A stretch of DNA of 64,000 nucleotides from Haplodiscus bocki (Eukaryota), in assembly GCA_965655095.1 (NCBI GenBank), contig OZ296649.1:96286001-96350000 (forward strand), read 5' to 3'. The notes under the pieces are model-generated. The model ran no database searches, was not told the DNA's origin, and saw only the letters and a program-made list of their open reading frames with translations. The translations under genes were made by a program, and so were the position numbers. Each line of letters begins with the position of its first letter. The first letter of the stretch is position 1. Positions 10,593-23,130 of the stretch are shown here, in pieces.

Positions 10593-13500
10593 ATCTGAAC
10601 AGTCTCCTAATGTTCATTTTTGATTGGGGACAAATCTTGCTCCCAGTGGAAACCGGTTTGCTGGCGCCATGTCACCGTTTTGTTCGTCATCAATTGCTTC
10701 ATGAATGTACTCTGTTTTTACGGTTTCAAGTGATAATGTAAATTTCCTTATAGCGTCCTGTTTTTGGTTAGTCAAACGAAACCGGAACAAAATAAAAACC
10801 ACCTCTTGTTTTTTTTTCATTTTATTAGGGCTTCGAGTGAAACTTGGACTTCAGTGTTGTATTCATCTACTGATAAAGCTGTATTTGAAAAGCGTTTATA
10901 GCTCAAAACTTTTGGAACCTACCAAGAGATTTTAAGCTGAAGCACATCTGAAAGACGTCCAGTAAAACTTATGCCGAAAAAAAACAATCCAAAAAAATTT
11001 TGCCATCATGATGTTTTCGGCCCATTTTTTTTTAATATAGGAATTTTACTTGAGGTGTTACTGCTTTAATTTGAAAGCTGCCCCTTAGACCACAGCCATT
11101 ACTATGGTACTTTGGCTAGTCAAGTGTTAAGTTGACAACTATGTTTTTTATTTTTCTTTGATCTCAACAATGAGGCCGAAAACTTTTTTTTTGCACCAGA
11201 AAAATTTCGTTTTTTTCCTTTTTGTAGATTCCGAGATATCGACAGAAAAGTTCTTAAAAAACGCGTTAATCAGAATGCACTTGATACCTAGCAGAATTTT
11301 TTTGGATTCAACTAGGGAGAAATCAGGGCTACAATTTCACCGGAAAACTTCAGTTTGCGAAAACGTTTCGCCTTCAAGGTTTTTTTTTTGCTGAAACAAA
11401 GTGAGAACTCCGAAACTTTTGCAGGTTACTATCTGGTACTCTCAATGTAGTACGTCAAGTCAAAACCTAAAAGTCCTAAAACTGTATGAAAGGGTTATAC
11501 TGAATACCTACTGTGTGTTGAACACTATCAGAAGTTGGGAAAAATTTCCTGAGTGCCAATAATTTTTGCGAAAGTCCCATTTCTTGTCGCACAATCGTAT
11601 TTTGGAATGACATTTGTCTTCGTGCGGCACCAAATTCCAAGCGGGGAGCAGTTAACGGATTACCGATTTAAGATAAATCCTTTCGTCGTCGAGAATTTAT
11701 TTCTGTTGAATTAGTGGAAATCTGAAAGCTTCCGAGAAACGCTCAAATCTGCTGGAATGTGAAAAAGTGTTTTTTCCCTGAAAGGTACCTGTTTTTCGAC
11801 AGAACTACTTAGAAGCAAAATCATGGTGTCACAAAAAGAGCAGTTTAGCATGTTGCTAAGTATTTATTTATCTCGCTTTAGCAGCACATGAAGCGAAAAT
11901 TTTTGCGACAACCAAAACTTAGACAAAAATTAATTTTTTTCTCGGACAAAATATAACTTTTAAGATAAGAAAAAGTTTTCAAGTAAGTTTCCTCCATCCA
12001 TTTTTGGGTCCAGGAAATCGTGAGAAGTTGCGAAAAGAATCCGAACGATGAAATGTGCCTGACAAATTTGATCTTCCTTCCCTTAAAGAATTGAGTTTGA
12101 CAAGAAACTTGTACTCGTAGCGCACAAAGTTTCAAGAGTGGGATAATTCGGAACTCGCTGGGTATCTTTAAACGAAATAGGACTATAGAGTTTCCTAATG
12201 ATTGATTTTCTTTCACGTAATCCAAGATCCAGAAATACTTGTGGTACTGCGGAAAATCTTTGAAGTTTCAACTATTTTCAATGACCATGTTTCGATAGCC
12301 AAAACTACTCAAGAGTACAACCACAAGAGGAGTAGAGAAGTAGCGATGACAATATGGCCGTTTCTGTTGAGCACTTCTTGTGCTGAAAGTTTTCGGGAAG
12401 TTAAAAAAATGGCGAAATGAGAACATTTTCCGCTGGTTATTTACCTTTTACTCCAAGCTGACGCCTTTTAATTGGAATCACCTCGATGATTTGTTTTTCT
12501 TCCTGATCTTTTTTGCGGACTGCTTCTAATCGTTCACAATAGATGTTTGCGTTGGGTCTGCTTGTTTGGGAAACGATGCATACAAAACGGTTTTACCAGA
12601 TGGAACCAGTAATAGGATAAAAGTTGCAATTTGTTTCAGGTACAACGGAGCAGCTGGAGAGGCGAACCTTTTTCGAAAATCTTTTGGAACACTCTGACTT
12701 TACTGAACGCTCCTAATCAAAAGAGAAGCGGAACGCTCTAATCGCTCATTTTGTTTAGGACTTCGAGCGAAACGATAATGCTTAATGCGGAATCTCTGCT
12801 TCGAAAAATTGTTCTTCTCCTCTTTACAATTTGTCAAACACCCAACTTTTGAGTACTCTTAATTTTACTGAAAGATTCAAATCAACCGATTTTGGATTGT
12901 CTTGTATGAATATCAGAAATTATTTTGAATGGTGAAACGTCTTTTCGAGATTTTTTCTGGGATCAGTTAGTTGAAATGAAATTTTGGCCGACTATTTCAA
13001 CCACTTTTGGTCAAATTATCAGTTAAAAAAATTTTCGGTTTAATGGCTTGTTTCTTGACTTGGAGAGGAGACATTCATTCCGAAACAAACTAAAACAGAT
13101 ACATATGACACTCCTAGTGGTTTGTTGATAAGTAAGTTTGTACAAAATTGTTTCAAAATCTTGAAGTCTGTGGATTTCTCAGCTGGCTGCGTTAATTAAT
13201 GCCAACTGGCAGCTAAAAAAACTGAATTATTTTACGTTGTAACGTCCTCAGAGTGGGTATTGGTTTTTCAATTCTTGTATCTTTTCACTTCTTGCCAAAA
13301 CTTTACGTGCTAAACGAACAAAAAATTGCTGGTTTTTTCCTCCAAAAAAATTGAGAAAACTTTGTTGCTCAGTGATTTTTGAGTCCCGGTAGGAATAGGA
13401 AGAAGCAATTTGTCTTTTTAGGTGCAGAGCGAAACTAGGGCAGTTTTTATCCGACTGAATAATTTCACAAAAAAACCTCTATTTTTTTCATTGCAACAAC

Positions 13501-15369
13501 GTGAAAATACAGTTTTTTTTTTACTTTTTTACTGGTACTTTCTCAACTTCAGACAGTCGGGCCATAGCTCACGGCTCTGCATACTAGAGGAAACCAGTCG
13601 GATTATGTATACTGCGTTCAAGCGACCAAAATATTTCGCAAAAAAATTACTCACAGCTAAAAATTCGTCCAACAGGTCTCATTGGTGTTTGACAGTTGTG
13701 TTTATGGACTAAACTTGCTCCATTCAGCTTGACCCTACTTTGAATTTAAAAATGTTTGGCAGGATACTTTTCCCTTACTTTTTGCATGTTACTGCTATAA
13801 AAAATTCTAGTGATATCAGAAACTTCTCGGTGCACTTTTTTGTCGACCCGAATCTGCTAACCAACTCAATATTACGACATGTTCTTCAAAAATTTGGGAA
13901 CCCTGTTGGAACCAGTGCCCCCTTTGACCCAATTGTCTCCAGAGGTATACCTTTGACGTTGTGCAAGTCCTTAATTTCAGGAGGACGACAATCTCTCCTT
14001 GGAGAAAAAAGTTTCTGGTTTTTGTGAAGTTCAAGTTAATGCCTCAAGTCCTCTCATCTCGTGGCACCCAGAGGCGCACCCTCGTCATTGTCCTTGTCGA
14101 TTGAATTAAAAAATCAGGTATCTTGGAGTGCGAGCCGGCCGAAAGTTTTGACGGCCAGATTTTTTTTTCAAAGATGTCCGAATGTGTCCTTAGTCCGACT
14201 GCCAAAGTACCTCGAAAGTTTTCTTTGCAAAATAAACTTGAAAATCAAATTCTTTTTGGGCTTTTTGATCATAGTTGTCTTTGTATAGGTCGTTTACTTC
14301 CGAATGCAGGGTTCCAAATTGCTGAGCTCTGCAAAACTGAACGAAGAGAGTCTGTTGTATCAAATACTAAAGTTCAGTTGTGGTCCAACATTTTTTCGAT
14401 CTGTTATTCTGCGAGAGAAACTTCAATCGTTGTGTTTTGGTTTATTTCAAGATTTCTGTCAGTTTCAATTCTTTGATTTTAGCACCCAGCTCATCAATTT
14501 AGTTTAATTTTGAACAACCGACCAAGATAACTCAAAACTTTGAGGTACTTGATTTTGACGAATTTTTTTGCAGGTTTTTTGCAAACTATCTCAAAAACCA
14601 ATGTTTTTTTTTTCATTTTCCCTTCAAACTTCAGTCTTTTGTACTGGGAGCAGGTCGGACAAAATGTCTTGGTTTCCATGACATAGGAAAAGTTCAAGAA
14701 AAGTTTTTTTGGTAATTTTTTTGCCTACAGAAAAGTTTTGCGGTTTTTTTTGCGAAAGAATCTTGAAACTCGAACCTAATTTGGTGTTCCGAAGATAGTT
14801 GTAACGTTGAAGTCTGTGTCTTGTCAACTAGTTCTGCAACTGACCTGAATTTTAATTAGCTTCATTCAAAGACTCCATTTCGTGAAATAGTAGCATTTGG
14901 TTTCGGTGTCATTGATTTTTGATAGGTTTTTTCAGCGAAAAATTTTAAAATTCGAGCTTTTATGGATTATTTTTTGTCAATTTGAAACCCTGTATATTAG
15001 TACTTCCGCAAATCCTTTTTTCACACAGGATTAATGGAAGACCTAAGTCGATTGTCTATCAAAATTTGCCCGGTCACAAAATACCAAACTTTTTTGATAC
15101 GTTTTCTTAACAAAAGATCGTGATGTTTGAGCTTTTTTTCTTATATTTCGAGTTTTTTTTAATCAAGTTTCCTTATCTTCGGGCAGTTACGTCTGAAAAC
15201 GACTTAAAATTTTTTTGTCATAGTAACAAGCTCGCTCCAATTTTTTACCTACTCTTTTTAGGAAGTGCTCACAAATTTACTCATTTCATTTTCAGCGAGG
15301 CAAACATCAAGGTCGGGATTTGATGATCAATTGAATATTTTTGAAAATTTAGTCCTTTATTCGTGAAGC

Positions 15370-15750
15370 AATTTATGAAAATGAGCGGAATTTGCTACTG
15401 CAAAACCAAAAACACTCTAATGTACCTATCATACACTTTGTTCTAGTTGAAGGCTTATTTTTTACTTCGGTTTCCATAGAAATAAATTGAAGTCGGTCCG
15501 GTTTGAATACTTTTGAAAAACATAGATTCATGCTGGTTGTGAAGCACCGAGGTTTCATAAAAAAACGACTGCACGGTTTTTTTGTTTTCTGGGAAGCCCT
15601 TGCCTAGAACCTAGTGCTGAGCCCTTAGTGCCTACTATTTTTTCTTTGCTTCCGATTTGTGAAAGGCCGAAAATGTTAACAATTACATTTAGGTTTCCGA
15701 ATTCATATTTCTCCACAACTACGAGCTTGAAATCTTCCATCAAATGTTCA
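15370..15750 (-). mobile_element. Possible highly decayed non-LTR (LINE) RT fragment
   Basis: Minus-strand GSRQGLP resembles the GVRQG motif, and a weak IGTLECFWFCSS stretch lies near the expected YADD position. No intact motif. Confidence 0.2.
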
Positions 15751-18700
15751 AGCCACTCTTTTATCTTTGAGGAGAACTTTTAAATGTAAAAATGATGGAT
15801 CTTGATCATTGCGTCAGAATCCTGACACACCGATAAGGCCAGAAAATGGTGTTCTTTTGGAAGTATCCCTATATTCCAATTCTTCTTTCTTCGTAAGTAT
15901 TGGCTTGACATCTTCTTTAAAAGTGTTCTCTGACAGTTTTTTGTCTGCAGAAGGGTATTTGAATAAAAACTCTTTTGTTTTAGCACATTCAACAGACTTT
16001 TCATGATAGGCCGAACATGCCGAAAGGCGCAACTGTTATCGTTATTTTGTCAATACTCAAACACATAATTTTCTAAAGCTCTTCTGCGATATAATACTGC
16101 TTGCGCAATTCTTTTAAAATTGTATTTTGTAAACTAAATTTTTTCAAGAAATTACAAATTAAACAATCAATCGATAAAATAGAGGATTGAATTCTTCCGA
16201 CAAGGTCTCAATTGACAACTTTGTTTTTATTCAAAATTTTCGTGAAAACAATTTGTTGCTTGTTCGATCAATCAAATATACATACATTTGAGCGAATGTC
16301 TCGTAGTGTGACTGTTCATCTTGTTTTAGTTCAGCTCATATGCTGAAAGTGAGGAAGTCAAAGGAAATTTTTCTCGGAGAGATCCTTTCAGACAACGGTG
16401 AATCTTCAACAATATTATCGAAACGAAAGAATCATAACCTGTACAATATTACTTGATTCTTTTCGCACGCAGTTTTGGAAACGACTCTGCGTATTAAAAT
16501 TACAGGAAAAATGGGCAAAGTACAGACAAGTGATATATGACACTCGGGTTTTTCAAGAGCTCAAACGAGATGAGAATTAAAAGAAGTGACTCAAGTTCCA
16601 TCCGGCTCCAAGTTTTTTTTTGAAAATTGTTGTTACTGAAAGATAGACGCTAAGCTGTTTATTGAAATGCTCGCAAAAATAAAAGGCTTCTCCTGCAATT
16701 AACACTGCGCGTAGTGAAAGCTGCAACGCAAACTTAATGACGCTTGTGCTGCGATCTGCGGATCTACCAGGAAGATATTTCGGGAGAACTGAATTGCCAC
16801 GGCTCTCAATAATGTTAGTTGCATAGCATCTTTTGCTTTCTCAAAACAAAATGCGGCACGCAAAAAAAAACTCGTTTGGAAGCTTCCTGAAAACTAGAAA
16901 CCGCAAAAGCTCTGCATGGGGGGTAGAAAGCTGCCAAAATACTTGACTGGAAATGAAATGATTTTCCGTAATTTTGCGGAAAAATTTCACCAGTTATTTT
17001 AGTTCCCCAGAAATTTGGTCTAAACCCATCAAATTTAATATCCCCGCACACAAACCTAGGAACCGTATTGGCTATAATATTAAACAAGCTAAGCGTAATA
17101 ACAGGGAAAGGTATGTATGAAATGCACATAATTTTTCGCCTTTGTCTTAGTAAAGATGAACTTCAGTGGGTAAAAGAAGCCATATAGTGCAACGCCAATC
17201 TTTTTTGTGTCCCCTTGGGGACAGGGTTCGAAATAGTTCCTCATTTCCTATATTAAATTTGAATTTGCGAGAGTTCTTGCTCAATGTTCTCCGTTGAGAA
17301 AAGTCGGAAAAATTTGTTTCGACTTCATATCGAAAGCATGACCTGGACTTCTACCACTCAAAGACCAAAACAAACCAGTCGAGTTTTTGTGAATTACTAC
17401 TGATGATGAAAATGGGCTGTCTATGTTTTCTGCGAAATTTTCCACCGTGAAGTCCTGTTTTTTCAGATGACATGGCAAAAAACTTTTTCGCTTCGTTTCT
17501 ATCACTATATATACCCATTTAGGGCATATGTTACTGATATGAATCAAACATAAGGATTCCTCCGAAAACTTTTTGGCGTTTCGAAGTTGTTTTCGGTATT
17601 AACTTTCCAGCGAAAATTTTATGGACGCTGAATGTTTAGAATATGCTTAATTACGACCTTGCATATTTAAAAAGTTTTATTTACAAATGGATAATGTTAC
17701 AAAAATAATACAAAACTTTACTACATATATTAGCTAACAAACAAATAATTTATACGTTTGCATGGAATGATGACGTTTTTTGGGCCAGTTTTCTCACTAT
17801 CTCAAGTGAGCACCAATAATTGTACTAGGCGAGTGAGATCGAAAACTAGATTCAAGGGCTGGAAAGAAAATACGTCTTGGGTAATTGTGTTGAAAGGAAT
17901 TGAATTCACACGCAATATGCGTTTCTTGACGCTGCTGTGGGATTGACGCAGATTCAACATTGAAATGTCTAATCGAAGGGGGCGGTATTAGAGTGCAGAG
18001 ACTATTAAGGGAAGCAAATAGTGGAGGAATAGGGGATAAAATCAAAAATACCCGAAAACTCGCTTCTCACATCCGGGTTCTTATATTCTTTGAATCCCTC
18101 GCGAGCAACTGTCTTCCCGCCGTAATCAAGTTTTGAGCAGCCGACTCTTACCCCACTACCCTCAAGAGTAAAATCGGCAAGGATCAAACTAACAGAGAAT
18201 GCTAAAGATGGGGACAATCCCAGATGGAATCAGAGAGCTACGGCTGAAATTTCAACAGGTTGCGCATGGAAAAAGCACAAAAATCGGGCGAACACTTTCG
18301 GGAGTAATCGGGTGTCAACGTTCAAGAACACTGTTTGCGAATGCCGATTTTTTATGACGGTCACATTCGGACGCAAAGAAATTAACGATTGTTGCCAACA
18401 TCCTGTGAAGAGCGCCAATGCGCCTCGCTATGGCTTCGCTCGCTTAGGAAATAAATGATCGTTGCCAAAATCCCGCAGAGGACGAAATAGGCTGCGCTGA
18501 CCGAAAAATCCAGTAGAAAGGTGTGATGGAAAAGATCAGAAAAATACAGAGGAAGAAGAAAATTTTAAAGGCCAAAGTTTTACTGATATTTACTGGAAGA
18601 TATCAAAAAGGGATCATTTTTCTTAAAGAGATTCAAATTCTGGTTGTAATTTCAGATTCACCGAAAAAAAACTAGAGGCTCGCTTTTCTCACCTCCCAAT

Positions 18701-19431
18701 AATTCTTACGTACCTGACTAGTCTTTGGGCTAACTTCTTTTGTTATGACAAGTGATTTTTCAGACGCTAATTCATCACCTAGTTTTAAGCACCCATTGTT
18801 GCTGGGCAGAAGTGATCAATTTAAAGCAAACGTAGCTGCATTTGAAACAAAAATAGAAAAGGTGTGAATTCATATTTTTCTGAATAGGCTTATTTTTTGG
18901 CGCCTAAAGCCTTGCATTTTTGATGACTACGTTTTAGTTCAGCGTTCGTCCAATTTATGGAGTGACAAGCGCTGTTCAAATTTTTTTTCAACACGTTCCA
19001 CAGTTGATGGAAAGCAGGACCAGTTTTTGAATTTTTGAAGTGTCCAAACTGATCAAATAAGCAATTTTTTGGAAATAATCCAAAAGTGGTTAAAACTGGC
19101 AAAAGTATTAACTGGTAGTTTCCTGACAATTCTTTTGGCTCCGATATTTCTCTGTATTTGGGCAGCGTGTAAATTCGTAATAGCTTCGCTTCCTACACTG
19201 GAAGTTACTAACTGCATATGGTACTTGCATTTTTTAGAATGTTACCATATTAATGCGATCTTCCAAAAAACGCAGCTACAAATAATATAATGGGCTTGTA
19301 GCTGCGGCGCCTAGCGTTTTCCTGGTCACTTTGGTTGTTTCTGAATGAAATACGGTTCTCTAAATTGCTGTTCCGATAGAAAAATTTGTAGCTGTAATAC
19401 TCGGTAGTGTAATTCTGCATTTTTTGCGTAG

Positions 19432-19855
19432 ATATTGGCAGTGGTTAACAGACAATGGCGTTACTCCAGATACTAGAGCACAAGTAACATACATTGCAGA
19501 TCCAGAATTGGCTTATGTTGTCCAAAGATACAGAGAGATTCATGATTTTTACCACGTGCTACTGGAGCAGAACATAGACTTACTGGGCGAGACTGTGGTG
19601 AAGGCTTTTGAAGCAGTCCAAACCCGATTTCCTATGTGTGTTTTGGGCACCTTTGGAGGGGTCCCCAATGTACCACGTCACCAGCGCAGAGTTTATTTTA
19701 CGCAATATTTGCCATGGGCTTTGAAGGTTGCCAAAAATTCTGACCTCCTTTTGAATTACAAGTTTGAAGACATGCTGGAAGAAGATTTATCCAAAATTAG
19801 AAAACAGGTTGGAATCGTTACTTTTGAAGAATGGAAAAAGAGATCTCGAAATTGA
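19432..19855 (+). CDS. COQ4: Ubiquinone biosynthesis protein COQ4, terminal coding exon
   Basis: VTPDTRAQVTYIADPELAYVVQRYREIHDFYHVLL...GETVVKAFEAVQTRFPMCVLG matches the COQ4 signature, including the HDxxH-(x)n-E metal motif. It is preceded by a polypyrimidine/AG acceptor (CATTTTTTGCGTAG, AG at 19430-19431, phase 2). The stop is TGA ending at 19855. The track's TTG start at 19424 is intronic. Confidence 0.93.
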
Positions 19856-20041
19856 TCGCGAAAGAAATCGATTGCTCTGGGCTAGGGGTTTTTGAAGGAC
19901 GTCTCATGAAAACAAGGGCAGGGAATGTTTTCATACTAGTGATGTTGACTCTGAAATGAGCTGGAAATTTTGGACCAACTTTATGTACTGTACAAATTTA
20001 GTTTAGCGAATCTTCCATTTCGCTAATTCGCTTCAGAAATT

Positions 20042-20047
20042 AATAAA
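20042..20047 (+). promoter_or_regulatory. Candidate polyadenylation signal of COQ4
   Basis: AATAAA ~190 nt after the stop codon. AT-rich background weakens this. Confidence 0.35.
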
Positions 20048-21566
20048 AAATCTTAGAGACCTAGAAGGTTAATCTTCATTTCTGCTTAAAACAATGCTTT
20101 TAACTGTAGTTTGATTATCAATATAAAAATACAAAACACCGGTCAAACTAAATCAAGGATATTATGATATTATCCGACGTCCAAATTATCAGGAAGGAAA
20201 CGTTCTAAAGATCCTAATTTTTCAGTAACTGTGAGAAACTTGAATTTTTGGGAAATAATGCTGCAAAGAAGAACAAATGTCAGAAAAATGGTCGAAAAGT
20301 TCCTTAACCATAAAAATGAAATTTTGGCCAATTTTTTGAAATTTGGATCAAATTGGTAAAATTAAAGTGCTGAGCGTGCGATTGTTAGATTTTATGTACT
20401 TCAAATGGAATGAACATTGAATAATGGTTTTTCTTCCAAATTGAACTACGGACAGAAAATGGTACGAGAAATTACATTCTTGGGGCTGATAACGTCCTCT
20501 AAAAGATGTGAGCAGATGCTTTTTAAAAAGAATGGAGTTGACTGTTATAATAGGCTCTTTCCTCGTGATAACACCCGTAATCTATACAGTCACGTCCAAA
20601 TTAATTTCTGAGAGCTCAGTAGGTTTCTTGGTAAGCGTCAGCTACAAAAGTTTTAGAATTTCTTCTAGTTTATTATTGTTTCTGTTTGAAATCGATGGGA
20701 CCACAATTATAAAAGTTCGAAATTTGAATTTTCCCTTGATTTTCCCAATCATCAAGGAATGTAATTGAACTTTGAGAGATTATACGCTCAAAACGTGTTC
20801 TTGAAATCATCTTCCTATTCATTCGTATGAAGACAAATTTTGCGTCGCGGAGTTTTTAACGGCGTTTTATGCATTTGTGTACAACTGTAGTTCTGGAATC
20901 TGTAGTTTGGTTTCTGCGGTTAAACTCGTCTTAGTTTGCTGATTGCAGGCATCCGTGAAGGCATAAACTGAATTTCCGGTGTTATACAAGCCTACTTAAA
21001 AGCAACCAATTCTAGAAAATTGCTTTTCCAATACCACAATTAACTTCACCCGATTTATAACCGTGCAAAGTGAACAACCCTTTAATCATTGACGTTTTTT
21101 TTTCACTTTTGCTACGGCAATACGTAGTAGGACACAGCACCGCTAAGGAATTTGTTGATTGTTAAAATATTCAAATCCAGAGCAATTCCTTACGTCAAAA
21201 ATTAGGAACCACTTTCTAAAAAAGACCCCTCATAAAAATTCATTAAGGTGAGACCCGGGTTTCTATGACTAAACAGAGCGTTAGATCATCCATTTCAATG
21301 GGCAAATAACTTTGGACCAGCGTTGCTTTGATAATGGTTCGAAGTGTGGTATAGAGGTGGACATAGTTTCAATTTGGGACCCCCACCCCCTATTGTCCAA
21401 GAACTTTCGAGTGGACCCTTTTCTGATAAAACCCCCTGTAATTAGGGTCACCAGAGTAATCTGCATCACTATTAATAGATAGAATCCTTTACAATAATGC
21501 TTATACATGCGCAAGTAAGTTTTATAACACAGTCTTCAATTTTTTTTCGATACGTTCGCAAAAGAC

Positions 21567-21860
21567 ACAAGTTCCTAGATTTTGGCCAAAAAGAAGGGAG
21601 TTGCATAGGATCGAACCTTGGACGTTCGGGTCGCAGTCTCATGTTGTACTGACTGTTCCATTGTCACGTGACAATCAGTGTTTTTATTTAAAACTTCAAA
21701 CGAATGAAATTTTTTAGCGTTTTTCACTTGTATATAAATACTTGTTTTTAGCCATTCGTGCTAACTACACTTGTATATAAGTTTGTAAGATTAGACATTT
21801 AATTAAATGTCTGTTTATTCAGTAGTGTTTGTAGTACCGTGACCCCTTTACAATAGTTAT
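21567..21860 (-). repeat. Repeat element containing a degenerate tRNA-like (SINE-type) head
   Basis: The minus strand has B-box GGTTCGATCC (plus-strand GGATCGAACC, 21608-21617) in a tRNA-sized segment with no intact cloverleaf. Similar GAACC-containing segments lie at ~44055 and ~44820. Confidence 0.4.
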
Positions 21861-23130
21861 ACTTATTAAATTTGTTCACTAGTGCTCCGTTGACGCAAGT
21901 GTTGCGAAGCACAGCTTCCCCTCTGTTTAAAAATACGCTTCGAAGCCATCTCAAATTCTAATAACACCAAAATTTTCAAAATTTTCTTGGAAACGGTTGT
22001 AAGTTAAATAAAATTCTTTTTGAGATTTCTGCATTCAAAATTGCAGAAGTTACGAATAGCCATTTTTGGACGATTTTGGTTCAAATTGGCGTTTTTTCAA
22101 ATTCCATCAACTCATAAAATTGTTTTCCGTCAAACTCCATTAAAAAATTCCCCTGACCATCTTGAAGCCACTGATGTGTTTTGAATCAAAAACTAGTTTG
22201 AAGTAGTTACTTAGTACGTTTTTGAAAAAGTGTCGACTAAAATTATGGAGCTCCCAAAACAACGATTTTTCAGTTTATATGTATTAAAATAGGATTTTGA
22301 AATTTGCAAATTTAAAACTTCCATTTTATAGAAAACTCTACATGACTTTTATATAAAAAGGTATAAATGGCTTCATTAGGCTGAATTTTTAAAAACCCTA
22401 CCGAAAATCAATTTTTAATACTCAAAATTAGGTGAAATAGAAAAATCAATAGAAATTGTCTCGAATGGACAATCAATAAATGCGTATTCATCTTAATTAG
22501 CCAATGAGATTTTTCAATTTAGATCTATTTTGAGTGCCTTATGCGCTTATTTTTATCCCTCTTATAGACGTTCAAAATTAGTTCTAATGAACGTTGTCCG
22601 GTAAATTTTACCAGGTTATAATTTGAAGACGTCATGCTTTTCTCATCTGCGACAGTTTTCAAACATTTAATGGCATAATATAAACCATTTTTTACTCCAA
22701 CACTTTGAAAGCATGATATGAATAGTACATATACCAAATTAGTTGCATTGAACATCGCTATAGTTTTTTTGTGATTCAACGTGAATGAAATAGTTAGTAT
22801 TTGTATTTTTAGGCTACTCGTTTTTACTGGAAAGTCCATAAATAGCCGTACGTCAAATTAAAAGTTTGCTTAAAGGAACCAATGAAATTATTACCACGCT
22901 TGAAAAGGTAGAAATATGTGGTCGAAAACACGCACTGTAATTAAGCGTCATTGGTTATAGACTCTGATATTTGCAAAAACAAGTCTCCTGATGTTCGTAA
23001 ACTTTATTCAAATACCATTTGTTTCAGACTTTTTGCAAGTGTACTTTTGATTTTTTTAAAATCTTGTAAAGTCTCGTCACTAGTATTCAGAAAATTTTAC
23101 AGATATCGGTAGACATACATATCATTTGGA

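Noticed and set aside
19424-19431. TTG start making COQ4 a complete 143-aa gene
   Set aside because: It lies within the splice acceptor, and the N-terminal part of COQ4 would be missing.
21590-21670. Functional tRNA gene
   Set aside because: A B-box is present, but the acceptor and anticodon stems do not pair.
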